From contig CM059425.1 of the NCBI GenBank assembly GCA_030390025.1, positions 177,570,001-177,634,000 on the forward strand: 64,000 bases of DNA. The letters are read 5' to 3'. Source of the stretch: Squalus acanthias (taxonomy: Eukaryota). Below are positions 23,561 through 35,860 of the stretch, one piece after another (the stretch's first letter is position 1; every line of letters starts with the position of its first letter). The notes beneath the pieces are model-generated. The model was not told the origin of the DNA. It saw only the letters and a list, made by a program, of their open reading frames with translations, and made no database searches. Made by a program: the position numbers and the translations under genes.

Positions 23561-25781
23561 TTTTTCATTTGTTCTTGGGATCTGGGCGTTGCTGGCAAGG
23601 CCAGCATTTATTGCTCATCCCTAATTGCCCTTGAGAAGGTGGTGGTGAGCCGCCTTCTTGAACCGCTGCAGTCCTTGTGGTGAAGGTACTCACACAGTGC
23701 TGTTAGGGAGGGAGTTCCAGGATTTTGACCCAGCGACGATGATGGAACGGCGATATACTTCCAAGTCAAGATGGTGTGTGACTTGGAGGGGAACTTGGAG
23801 GTGGTGGTGTTCCCGTGCGCCTGTTGTCCCTTGTCCTTCTAGGTGGAAGAGGTCATGGGTTTGGGAGGTGCTGCCAAAGAAGCCTTGGCGAGTTGCTGCA
23901 GTGCATCTTGTAGATGGTACACACTGCAGCCACGGTACGCCGGTGGTGGAGGGAGTGAATGTTTAAGGTGGTGGATGGGGTGCCAATCAAGCGGGCTGCT
24001 TTGTCCTGGATGGTGTCGAGTTTCTTGAGTGTTGTTGGAGCTGCACTCATCCAGGCAAGTGGAGAGTATTCTATCACGCTCCTTACTTGTGCCTTGTAGA
24101 TGGTGGAAAGGCTTTGGAGAGTCAGGAGGTGAGACACTCCCCGCAGAATACCTAGCCTCTGACCTGCTCTTGTTGCCACAGTATTTATTTGGCTGGTCCA
24201 GTTAAGTTTCTGGTCAATGGTGACCCCCAGAATGATGATGGTGGGGGATTCAGCAATGGTAATGCCGTTGAATGTCAAGGGGTGGTGGTTAGACTCTCGC
24301 TTGTTGGAGATAGTCATTGCCTGGTGCGAATGTTACCTGCCACTTATCAGCCCAAGCCTGAACGTCGTCCAGGTCATGTTGCATGTGGGCATGGACTGCT
24401 TCATTATCTGAGGAGTTGCGAATGGCACTGAACACTGTTCAGTCATCAGCAAACATCCCCATTTCTGTCCTTATGTTGGAGGGAAGGTCATTGATGAAGC
24501 AGCTGAAGATGGTTGGGTCTAAGACACTGCCCTGAGGAACTCCTGCAGCGACGATTGATCACCAACCACCACAACCATATTTGTGCTAGGTATGACTCCA
24601 GCCAGTTTTCCTCTCGATTCCCATTGACTTCAGTTTTACGAGGGCTCCTTGATGCCACACTCGGTCAAATGCTGCCTTGATGTTCAAGGGCAGTCACTCT
24701 CACCTCACCTCTGCAATTCAGCTCCTTTGTCCATGTTTGGACCAAGGCTGTAATGAGGTCTGGAGCCAAGTGGTCCTGGCGGAACCCAAACTGGGCATCA
24801 ATGAGCAGGTTATTGGTAAGTAAGTGCCGCTTGATGGCACTGTCGACGATACCTTCCATCACTTTGCTGATGATTGAGAGTAGACTGATGGGGCGGTAAT
24901 TGATTTGTCCTGCTTTTTGTGGACAGGACATACCTGGGCATTTTTCCACATTGTTGGATAGATGCCAATGTTGCAGCTGTACTGGAACATCTTGGCTAGA
25001 GGCACGGCTAGTTCTGGAGCACAAGTCTTCCGCACAACAGCCGGGATGTTGTCGGGGCCTTTGCTGTATCCAGTGCGCTCAGCCGTTTCTTGATATCATG
25101 TGGAGTGAATCGAATGGGTTGATGACTGGCTTCTGTGATGGTGGGGACCTCAGGACGAGGCCGATATGGATCATCCACTCGGTGGGACAGGACATACCCA
25201 GGGATGGTGATGGAGGAATTTGGCACATTGGCTGAAAGGCATGATTCTGTGAGTATGACTATGTCAGGCTATTGCTTGACTAATCTGTGGGACAGCTCTC
25301 CCAATTTTGGCACAAGTCCCCAGATGTTGGTGAGGAGGACTTTGCAGGGTCGACTGGGCTGGATGTGCCTTTGTCGTGTCCGTAGCCGGTGCCAAGGTCG
25401 ATACCAGATGGCTCATCCGGTTTTATTATTATTATTGTTTATTGTAGCGGTTTGTTACAACTGAGTGGCTCCTATTTCTTATTTCAGAGGGCAGTTAAGA
25501 GTCAACCACATTGCTGTGGGTCTGGAGTCACATTTTGGCCAGACCAGGTAAGGATGGCAGATTTCCTTCCCTAAAGGACATTAGTGAACCAGATGGGTGT
25601 TTTACGACAATCCAATAGTTTTATGGTCTATGGATACTAGCTTTTTATTCCAGATTTATTTAATTAACTGAATTTAAATTCCCCAGCTGCCATGGTGGGA
25701 TTTGAACTCACGTCTCTGGATCATTAGTCCAGGCCTCTGGATTACTATTCCAGTAACATAACCACTATGCTACCATTCCCA
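23561..25781 (-). mobile_element. Internally deleted poly(A) LINE with tRNA-derived 5' head
   Basis: A box TAGCATAGTGG (25772-25762), B box GAGTTCAAATCC (25709-25698), APE start NIWGLVPKLGEL..PDIVILTES, RT, A-tail; ATTT on both sides and host CR1 rejoins. Confidence 0.82.
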
Positions 25782-26228
25782 ATTTGCCAATTATATGCCC
25801 ATTCTGCAAGTTTATTAATGTCCTCCTGTAATTTTTTGCAGTCCTTCTCAGTATTGACTATCCCCCCCAATTCATCTGCAAATTTAGAAATTGTGTTTTT
25901 GTTTCCAAAGTCTAAATCATTAATATAAATTGTGAACAACAGTGGTTCCAGCACTGATCCTTTTGGAACACCACTACCCACCTTCTGCCACTGTGAATAG
26001 CTACCTTTTACCCCTACTCTCTGCTTTCTGTCTTGAAGCCAGCTAGCTATCCATTCTGCTACTTCTCCCCTGACTCCGCATTCTCTCGAAGGCCTTTTGA
26101 AAATCTAGATAAATTACATCCACTGCATTATGATTGACTACTCTCTCTGTTACCTCTTCAAAAAATTCACTGAGGTTGGTCAAGCAAGACTTTCCCTTTT
26201 GAAATTCATGCTGACTATTCATTACTAT

Positions 26229-26965
26229 GGCCCGTAACTTCCGAAAGGAGGCTTCCTGTGTGCGGATGCCTCCTGTCGGAAAAAAATCTACGCACTTACC
26301 TGAGGGCTCCCGAGGTCCGGACACTTCCGATGCTGGGCCTCTCCACAGTCGAAATGCGCAGAGACCACATATCCCAGGGGCGCATGCGGTTCGCAAGCGT
26401 CCCTGGGATCGCGTGGGCCAGCCGAGCCAATAAAAGAAGGGAATCCCCCAGATAGAACTGTCAAAAGTATGAATGGGGATCACTGAAAAAAGACACTAAA
26501 ACATTAAATACATTTTTTTTAAATCACGTTTTTAAAATGAGTTAAAATTACATTAAATTAAATATTTTAAACAAAAATTAAATTTTTTGAAAAAAATAAT
26601 TAAGGTTTTTTACAGGGCTAAAAATAAACTTACCTTTTTTAAAAGTATTTTTAAATTATAAATGAGTGAAAAAAAATTATTTTAAAAACTTTTTTAAACT
26701 CTTATGCTGGTAAAAGCAGACCTTATGCCTGCTTTTACCAGGCGTAACGATTTCAGCGGGCGGAGATTTCTGCAGAAAGCGGAACTCTCTACCTGCAGAG
26801 GCCTTTCTCCAGGGCAGGCTTCCGATCTGTCAAGAGCATTCTTGACAGATCAGAAATGCCGGTTTTCATCGCATGTGCTTTGCATGCCTGAAACTGGCAT
26901 TTCCGATGTCCCTACGGGTGTGTACACAGACCGTACACACCTGTAGGCATCGGAAAATACGGGCC
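26229..26965. mobile_element. Harbinger-type MITE with AT-rich core
   Basis: TIRs GGCCCGTAACTTCCGA / TCGGAAAATACGGGCC; TSD TAT. Confidence 0.85.
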
Positions 26966-28259
26966 TATGTTTTTGGTTTCTAGATGTTCTATTTTCTCCT
27001 TTAGTAGGGATTCCATTATTTTTCCTACCACCAATGTTAAGCTGACTGGTCTATAATTCCTTGGACATGTTCTATCCCCCTTCTTAAACATCGGTATTAC
27101 ATTAGCTATCCACCAGCCCTCTGGCACTACACCTTTTTCTAATGATTTATTAAATATGTGTAGTAATGCCTCTGCTATCTCTTCCCTAGAATCTTTTAAA
27201 ATGCATGGATGCAATCCATCCGGACCAGGGGTTTTATCCTCTTTGAGTTTGATTAGTTTATTTAATATATCCCCTCTTTTTATTTTAAATGCACTTCTCT
27301 CATTACTAATCTCATCATCCAATGTCATGTCCACCTGTTCTATCTCTCTGGTAAATACTGAAGCAAAATAATTATTTAATATTCCTGCCATCTCTCTGTT
27401 GTTACCTGTGGTATTATCCTGTCTATCCCTTAATGGCCCTATTCCCATCCCAACCTTCCCTTTTTTATTGATGTGCCTGTAAAATATTTTACTATTTTGT
27501 TTTATGTTCCTTGATAATTTAGTTGCATAGTTCCTCTTTGCCTTCCTAATTGTTTTTTTGACTTCTCTCCTAATCTCTTCATATTCTCCCTTATCATGCA
27601 CTCCCCTGCTGTCTATGTATTTCATGTATGCCTCTTTCTTTACCCTCAATTGTTCTCTTATGGCTTTATCCATCCATGGAGTCTCATTAGTGTTTAGATT
27701 GTTCTTTCCTTTTAGTGGAATATATTGTTCCTGCACTCTGTTGAACACCTTTTTAACTGTTTCCCATTGCTGTTCTACATCATTGTTTGCCAATATTGTT
27801 GCCCATTTTATTTTCCCAAGTTCTATTCTCAGCCCCTCAAAATCAGCTTTTCTCCAATCTATTACCCTGGTTTTCATCGTACTTATGTCCTTCTCAATTA
27901 TCATCTTAAAGTGTATTATGGCCACTATTGCCTAGATGTTCCCTACTTTTACTTCTCTTATCTGCTCTGGTTCATTCCCCTTTACTAGATCCAATAGCGA
28001 ATCCTCCCTTGTTGGGCTTTTTATATATTGGGTTAGAAAGGAGTCCTGTCCACATTGTAGGAACTCCATTCACTTATCCCCTTTACCTACCTCTTCTGTC
28101 CAATTAATATGGGGATAGTTGAAATCCCCCATGATTATTATTCAATGTGTTTTACTTATTTCCCTAATTTGTCTGCATATTTCTTCCTCCACCTCCCTTC
28201 CACTATTAGGTGGTCTGTAGACTACACCTATTACTGTGATTGATCCTTTATTATCTTTT

Positions 28260-29142
28260 GGGGGAGAAATTCGATATCGCCCCGTTTGGGGCGCAATTAT
28301 CGGCCGGGTGCAAAGTTTACCGCCTGGCGCTAATTATCGCCTCCGACTGCAAACTAGGCTTCTATCACCCCTGGAGGTGATTGGAGCACTAAATCAGGCG
28401 CTACACACACCTCTCTTAAGGCGCTAACGCCGAGGAGCGAGGCGCTACCTCAGAGCACTGGTGAAGCTCATGTGATGTCAGTCAGCAATGGAACACAGAC
28501 ACACTGGCGCCGGCCAGTTCTTAAAGGGGAGGGTTGATCTTGCTCTCCATCCACACCCTGCTCATTGCAGCCTTGAATCTCGGCCTGGAGAGATATGTAC
28601 ATCAAATCTGCTGGAAAGAACAATGGAGAGGCCCAGGGAAGGAGATCAGAGTGCAGCCCCCGAAGTCTCTTCTAAATCGATGCAAGGAAGGTCAAATCAA
28701 AATGAACCTGCAAAGTGCTGCTCAGTACCCAAAACTCCTTCACACAGCGTTGAATCTCTCCAGAAGTCTCTCTCTCTCTCTCAGAATGTGTTGTGCAAAA
28801 ATGTTGCCGACAAAAAAAGGCAGGAAGTGATCGCCTTTAAATAGCGCTCCCACAGTCCCTTCCCGACTGCGAAACGTTCCCCTCAACCTGTTGTTGCTAG
28901 CGGCAGGCGGAAAGGCAGGGGACGCCACTCAATATCCAGTCCGGGGCGTTGCACGCTCGACTGACGTCACGATCTGCGGGCGCAGGAGATCATGGCGGTA
29001 GTGTTTAGCGCCGCCGCAAAATGTCTGGTCAATTATGCGAGCGGCGCAAACATTGTCGCACCCGGGCGCTAGTTGCTTTGTGCCCCATCAGCGCCCTCTT
29101 AGGGCACTAACAGGAGGTGCAAAGCAACCAAATTTTTTCCCC
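28260..29142. mobile_element. Harbinger MITE, inverted relative of 17876-18763
   Basis: TIRs GGGGGAGAAATT / AATTTTTTCCCC; TSD TTT. Confidence 0.9.
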
Positions 29143-30285
29143 TTTATCTCTATCCATATGGATTTTATTTTTGTTTTGCTGATAGCTATGTCACTTTTTT
29201 CTACTGCCGTTATGTTATCCCTAATAAGTACAGCTATTCCACCTCCTCCTTTTCCCTCTCTATCTTTTCTAAATATGTTATATCCTGCAATGTTTAATTC
29301 CCAGTCCTGATTTTTCTGTAGCTGTGTCTCAGTAATCCCTACTATTTCTGGTTCCTCGCAATGCATGATTGCCTCTAGCTCCCCTGTTTTATTACAGACA
29401 CTTTATGCATTGCTGTACAGACAGTTTAACTCATTTTTAATAGGATTTCCTCTCACTTTATGTTTAACCATTTTTTTAGACTCCTGTTCTATAACTCTAT
29501 TTATTCCCTTGCCATCAATGTCCTCCCTTACTTTATTCTTTCCTATGCTGTCTTTTCCTGTTTTGTTTATAATTAGGCTGGTTATGTTTCTTGTAGATCC
29601 CTCCCCCCATCTTACTAGTTTAAAGCCTTTGCCACCTCCCTATTTGCCCTTTCCGCTAGGACACGGGTCCCATCCCGGTTTAGGTGGAGCCCGTCCCATT
29701 GGTACAGCTCCTTCCTGTCCCAGAACTAGTGCCAGTGTCCCATGAAAAGGAATTCCCACACCAGCCCTTTAGCCACATGTTAATTCTCCTGATCTGTCTG
29801 CTTCTATGCCAATTTGCACGTGGCTCGGGCAATAATCCAGAGATTATTACCCTCGAGGAACTTAGAAGTACTTGAAGGGATAATTACAAGTCCTAGCCCT
29901 TTCGGACTACCCCAGATCAGGCGTATTCCCCAGACGTTTACCTTCAACTAAAATTAGCCGGATCCCTTAAGACGCTTAATTGGGTCTAAAGGTCAGACTA
30001 CCTCTCCCTAAAGGAAAGAAACAGTCTAAAGATGTTACCGTGCTCCAGATAGTACTTTTATAAGTTTAACTAGACTGTAACCTTCTGGATATTATAAGAG
30101 CCCGGAATACCCCCCAGAATTCTGCAACTCCTTTGAGTGTACAGAATTTGAGTTTGCAAGATGATACAGAAATACTCTTTGAGACTATTCTAAAAATATA
30201 TAGATTTATTACAGAACCGACATTCAGTTAACATTTATTATGGCAATCGCAACTTTAATCGTTCAAAATACAAATAGCTTACATT

Positions 30286-31028
30286 GGCCCAAAAATTCGT
30301 GAGGAAGCCTTCGTGCGAGGGTAAGGCCTCCCCGCGATCTCTCACTCCGCGTTGGCTTTTTCAGTTCCAGCTCGCACGAACTTGATGTTCTGGACAGCTG
30401 CTGTGCTGGGCTTGCGTATCCCACCGGCATAGTTAATTCGTGCGAGCTGTGGGATCACGTGACTCAGTTAGAGCCAATGGCAGCACACCATCTTCCATTC
30501 ATAACTTTCACATAAGTGCTGTGAAAGTTATGAATACTATAGCCCCCCAAAAGAACCGCTAAACCTCAATTAAATTTAAAAAAAACCATCACATTAATAA
30601 AATAAGTATAGTTAAATAAATTAACCATTTTAAATAAAAAATTAAAATTTTTGAAAAAATTTAAAATCTTTTAAAAAGTTATAAAAATAAACTTACCTGT
30701 CCTTAAAGTCTCTAAAAAAGATATACCTGTTAAAAAAAATTCAAAATAATACTTAATTCACTACTTACCTTGTTAAAAGTGGGTCTTACTCCTCCTTTTT
30801 TTATGTGTAGAATCTTCCGTACTTACCTGCGCGTTGAAACCACTAAGTGCACAGCGTGCGCGCAGCCTGTAGCGCGCACGCGGTTCACCTAGGACCCGCC
30901 CCCTTTTCCATTCACCAAGTGCCGGTTTTCAGCGCATGCGCAGTGCATGCAGAAAACCGGCAATTGGAGACAGAATACACGAGAGTACGCAGTGCGTACT
31001 CTCGCGTAGCGGCACTAATTTTTGGGCC
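30286..31028. mobile_element. Harbinger-type MITE with AT-rich core
   Basis: Perfect 12-bp [21 protein letters not shown]; empty site in the other LTR (~17745). Confidence 0.88.
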
Positions 31029-31682
31029 ATTATCTTATCAGAGATCCTTATTCTCAAATCTTAACTTCGTTACATTTCCACACTTCTACTTATTTCTTAA
31101 TCCAGAATATCCACCAAAATCAAATAAGAGTACCTTGATCCCCGAGACTCAAAAGTTAAAAACTTAGAGAGAATGTCTGTTAAGTTGAGAAACGCTTGCC
31201 TTCTCAGCGACTTCTGACTTTTATGTCTGAAAAGCTCTATTTTTATATCTTTTTTTGGGTGGCTTATCCTTTGAAGTATTCCTATTTGTGTAAGCTAATT
31301 GTATCAAGTCATTCTTTGCTGACTTTGTTCTATTCTTTATTGATATCTCTGTTGAATGCTTTTAGACTTGTGTCCTGTTTAGGTGTTTCCAAAACCATCA
31401 TAAACACAATGATAGCAATGGTTTCTGTTTGATGCAATTCTTAGGAAGTCTTTCTATTGAATTTCTAATACTACTTTAACTGGTTATTTTCAGACGTTGT
31501 GACTCCGTGGTATTCCAAGTTCAATACAAGAACAATGTGATTGCTTGGTGTATCCATTGAAGTAATATTTTCAAAGTCGTCTTGTTTGTGTACTTTTTAC
31601 AACTTGTAAATTAAAACCACTTCTCTAGTATCTTCATGCATTTCTAATTTACTTCAATTGGTTTTTATCAGACCTTGGGACT

Positions 31683-32242
31683 TGTCGAAGTTTACATACC
31701 GAGTAGAACACATAAAATCGTGTCAAAGAAGGCTTTTTAATAAAGTTTACTTGTTACAAGGGAAGGTTCTGACACAGTCAAGTTGCTATGTCAGAATGCT
31801 TCGAATCCTACAAGATTTGAACATACTTTATACAAAAAAAGAACACAGAACAGGCCATTTGACATAACATTAAACATCCTGAGTAATGAAGCACAAACTT
31901 GTAAGTTATTGCATAGGTTTTCGTTATAATAACGAGCAGAAATTCCTTAAAGATCAGATAACCCGATCTTCCTTATGAGACCCCTTTGTTCAATGTTCAC
32001 TCTCCAATCCGTGGGCCGATGGCTCACCCCATCTCATCCTGAGCTGGTCAGAACTAATTGATGCTTTATTTTGCTAAGCTTTTCTTAGATAAGGAATTCC
32101 GAGTTGTCTCTATCCTTGTAGCTAATTAGAATGATTTACTTATGGTGACTCCTACTGTCAGCCATTTTGAATTTCCTTTTTAAATTACTTACTTTAGAGA
32201 GGCCATTTTATTTGTGTCTTAAAAGTAAACTGCACTTCCACA
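31683..32242. mobile_element. 560-bp solo LTR nested in an LTR
   Basis: TGTCGAAGT...ACTTCCACA, 4-bp TSD GACT (31679-31682, 32243-32246); absent from the homologous LTR. Confidence 0.8.
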
Positions 32243-32551
32243 GACTCCATATTTCAAGCTTAACATTAAAACTACTTGTTCAGCAGTCATTTCTTTTACT
32301 TGATGTCATTTCTTCAAAGACTTCTGTAGGTATTATATTTATAATATGTAAATTGAAAACACTTTAACTCAAGTGTTTACTTGTTTTCTAGCTATCTCTA
32401 TTGGTTGCATATTTAGTCGTGTTTCCTGTCTTTAAGTTTAACATAAAACTATTTTACGACAGGTATTTCTTACTTGATGTCATTCTTTCAAAGGCACTTG
32501 TTTTTTTTAATGTTCTGTGCACCTGTTCGATGTGTTAGATTATAACACTTT

Positions 32552-35500
32552 AAGAACATAAGAACATAAGAAATAGGAGCAGGAGTAGGCCAATCGGCCC
32601 CTCGAGCCTGCTCCGCCATTCAATAACATCATGGCTGATCTGATCCTAACCGCCAATCTACTATCTACTATCACAGAACCATCTCCTGCATCTAACAGAA
32701 TTGCACACACGAAATAGGAGCAGAATCAGGCTACACGGTCCCTGGGCCCGCTCCACTACCCACAGGGCCATGACCGATCCGAACCTAGACTCATGTCCAA
32801 ATTCCTGCCCGCTCCCCGTAACCCTTAATGCCCTTTACTTCTAGGAAACTGTCTATTTCTGTTTTAAATTTATTTAATGATGTAGCTTCTACAGCTTTTT
32901 GTGGCAGCATATTCCATGGACCTACCACCCTCTGAGTGAAGTAGTTCCTCCTCATCTCAGTTTTGAAAGAGCAGCCCCTTATTCTAAGACTATGTCCCCT
33001 AGTTCTAGTCTCACCCGTCATCGGGAACATCCTCCCCGCATCCACCCGATCCAACCCCTTCACAATCTTATATGTTTCAATAAGATCGCCTCTCATTCTT
33101 CTGAACTCCAATGAGTAGAGTCCCAATCTACCCAACCTCTCCTCATATGACCACCCCCTCATCCCCGGGATTAACCGAGTGAACCTTTTTTGCACTGCCT
33201 CGAGAGCAAGGATGTCTTTCCTTAAGTAAGGACACCAAAACTGTATGCAGTATTCCAGGTGCGGTCTCACCAATACCTTGTACAACTGAAGCAATACCTC
33301 CCTATTTTTATATTCTATCCCCCTAGCAATGAAAGCCAACATTCCATTTGCCTTCTTAATCACTTGCTGCACCTGCATACTAACCTTTTGAGTTTCGTGC
33401 ACCAGGACCCCCAGATCCCTTTGCCCTTCAGTACTCTTCAGTTTCTTGCCATTAAGATAATAAATTGCTCTAGGATTTTTCCTGCCAAAGTGCATCACCT
33501 CACACTTTCCAGTGTTGTATTCCATCTGCCAAATCTCTGCCCACTTACTTAGCCTGTCTATGTCCCCTTGCAGGTTTTTTATGTCCTCCTCACTCACTAC
33601 TTTCCCTCCCATCTTAGTATCATCTGCAAATTTTGATATGTTACACTTGGTCCCTTCCTCCAAATCGTTAATATAGATTGTAAAGAGTTGGGGACCCAGC
33701 ACTGACCCCTGTGGAACACCACTAGTTACTGATTGCCAGTCTGAGAATGAACCATTTATCCCAACTCTTTGCTTTCTGTTAGATAGCCAATCCTCTATCC
33801 ATGCCAGAATATTACCCCCAATCCCGTGATTTTTTACCTTAAGCAATAATCTTTTGTGTGGCACCTTGTCAAATGCCTTTTGGAAGTCTAAATACACTAC
33901 GTCCACTGGTTCCCCTTTATCCACTCTATATGTTACTTCCTCAAAGAACTCCAGCAAATTTGTTAAACATGACTTCCCCTTCGTAAAACTATGCTGACTT
34001 TGTCCTATTAAATTATGATTATCCAAATGTCCTGTTACTGTTTCCTTAATAATAGACTCCAAAATTTTACCTACCACAGATGTTAGGCTAACCGGTCTAT
34101 AGTTACCAGCCTTCTGTCTACTGCCCTTTTTAAATAAGGGTGTTACATTAGCAGTTTTCCAGTCTGCCGGGACCTTAGCGGAATCCAGGGAGTTTTGAAA
34201 AATTATTACCAATGCATCTACAATCCCTACCGCCACTTCCTTCAAGATTCTAGGATGTAAGCCATCAGGTCCAGGTGATTTATCCGCCTTGAGTCCCATT
34301 ATTTTACCGAGTACCACTTCCTTAGTGATTTTGATCGTGTTTAGCTCCTCTCCCCCTATAGCCCCCTGTTTGTCCAGTGTTGGGATATTCTTAGTGTCCT
34401 CTACTGTAAAGACTGATACAAAATATTCATTCAGTGTTTTTGCCATCTCCATATTTCCCACCATTAATTTCCCGGTCTCATCCTCTAAGGGACCAACATT
34501 TACTTTAGCCACCCTTTTTCTTTTTATATAACTATAAAAACTCTTACTATCTGTTTTTATATTTTTTGCTAATTTACTTTCATAATCTATCTTCCCTTTC
34601 TTAATCAATCTTTTTGTTATTTTTTGCTGCCTTTTAAAGTTTTCCCAATCCTCTGTCCTCCCACTAGATTTCGCTACCTTATATGCCCTTGTTTTTAGTC
34701 GAATACTATCCTTAATTTCTTTACTTAGCCACGGATGACTGTCCTTTCTTTTACACCCTTTTCTTTTCAGTGGAATATATATTTTTTGGAAGTTGTAAAA
34801 TAACTCCTTGAATGTACACCACTGATCATGTGTCGTCTTACCCTTTAATCTATTTTCCCAATCCACTCTACTCAATTCCGCTCGCATACCTTCATAGTCA
34901 CCTTTATTCAAGCTTAGCACGCTTGTTTGAGATCCAACCTTCTCACCCTCTAATTGAATATGGAATTCAACCATGTTATGGTCACTCATTCCAAGGGGAT
35001 CCTTTACTACTACATTTTTAATTAATCCTGTCTCGTTACACAGGACCAGATCTAAGGTTGCTTGCCCCCTGGTCGGTTCAGTTACATACTGCTCAAGAAA
35101 CCCATCCCTAATACACTCAATGAACTCATCCTCAAGGCAGCCCTGCCCCATTTGATTTGTCCAATTAATATGATAGTTAAAATCCCCCATAATTATAGAT
35201 GTTCCCTTATTACATGCCTCAACTATTTCCTGATTGATACTCCGTCCAACAGAGTTGCAACTGTTCGGAGGCCTATAGACTACGCCCACTAGTGTTTTTT
35301 TCCCCTTATTATTCCTTATCTCCACCCAAACTGTTTCATTATGATTTTTTGACCCAATATCATTACTCTGTATTACAGTGATTCCTTCCTTTATTAACAT
35401 AGCCACCCCACCTCCCCTTCCTTCCTGCCTGTCCTTCCTGATCGTTAAATAACCTGGTATGTTTAATTCCCAGGCATTGTCACCCTGCAGCCATGTTTCT

Positions 35501-35860
35501 GTAATGGCCACAATATCATAACCATATGTAGTTATTTGTGCCATTAACTCGTCTATTTTGTTACGAATGCTACGTGCATTCAGATAGAGAACTTTCAAAT
35601 ATGCTTTGTGGCACTTAGTTCCTGCTTTTTCACTTTTTACCACTTTACCTTTTACTCCACACACTCTGTCCCTTCCTGCCACGCTCTGGTTTGTGATTCC
35701 CCTACTGCTACCTATGTCTATGACCCTCTCTGTTGTCATTTTTATTTTTTGCTCTCTTGAAACCTCCCCCCCACTAATTAGTTTAAAGCCCTCTCTACAG
35801 CCCTAGTTATTCGATTCGCCAGGACACTAGTCCCAGCACTGGCCAAGTGAAGTCCGTCCC
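32552..35860 (-). mobile_element. Young CR1 LINE, truncated within the end of ORF1
   Basis: (AAGAACAT)n tail, doubled 3' UTR, intact ORF2, ORF1 stop ~35777. Confidence 0.93.
32791..35739 (-). CDS. CR1 ORF2: AP endonuclease + reverse transcriptase, 982 aa, uninterrupted
   Basis: [59 protein letters not shown]. Confidence 0.93.
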   Translation of the reverse strand: MTTERVIDIGSSRGITNQSVAGRDRVCGVKGKVVKSEKAGTKCHKAYLKVLYLNARSIRNKIDELMAQITTYGYDIVAITETWLQGDNAWELNIPGYLTIRKDRQEGRGGGVAMLIKEGITVIQSNDIGSKNHNETVWVEIRNNKGKKTLVGVVYRPPNSCNSVGRSINQEIVEACNKGTSIIMGDFNYHINWTNQMGQGCLEDEFIECIRDGFLEQYVTEPTRGQATLDLVLCNETGLIKNVVVKDPLGMSDHNMVEFHIQLEGEKVGSQTSVLSLNKGDYEGMRAELSRVDWENRLKGKTTHDQWCTFKELFYNFQKIYIPLKRKGCKRKDSHPWLSKEIKDSIRLKTRAYKVAKSSGRTEDWENFKRQQKITKRLIKKGKIDYESKLAKNIKTDSKSFYSYIKRKRVAKVNVGPLEDETGKLMVGNMEMAKTLNEYFVSVFTVEDTKNIPTLDKQGAIGGEELNTIKITKEVVLGKIMGLKADKSPGPDGLHPRILKEVAVGIVDALVIIFQNSLDSAKVPADWKTANVTPLFKKGSRQKAGNYRPVSLTSVVGKILESIIKETVTGHLDNHNLIGQSQHSFTKGKSCLTNLLEFFEEVTYRVDKGEPVDVVYLDFQKAFDKVPHKRLLLKVKNHGIGGNILAWIEDWLSNRKQRVGINGSFSDWQSVTSGVPQGSVLGPQLFTIYINDLEEGTKCNISKFADDTKMGGKVVSEEDIKNLQGDIDRLSKWAEIWQMEYNTGKCEVMHFGRKNPRAIYYLNGKKLKSTEGQRDLGVLVHETQKVSMQVQQVIKKANGMLAFIARGIEYKNREVLLQLYKVLVRPHLEYCIQFWCPYLRKDILALEAVQKRFTRLIPGMRGWSYEERLGRLGLYSLEFRRMRGDLIETYKIVKGLDRVDAGRMFPMTGETRTRGHSLRIRGCSFKTEMRRNYFTQRVVGPWNMLPQKAVEATSLNKFKTEIDSFLEVKGIKGYGERAGIWT

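Larger units (their letters stand above)
16174..29860 (-). mobile_element. Old CR1 LINE split into five pieces by later insertions
   Basis: Pieces 16174-16910, 23473-23560, 25782-26228, 26966-28259, 29143-29860 rejoin into 3' UTR-RT-APE (ITETQL)-ORF1 end. Confidence 0.8.

Noticed and set aside
25690..25781. Functional tRNA gene
   Set aside because: Duplicated arm, no clean cloverleaf or terminator, and fused to a retroelement body
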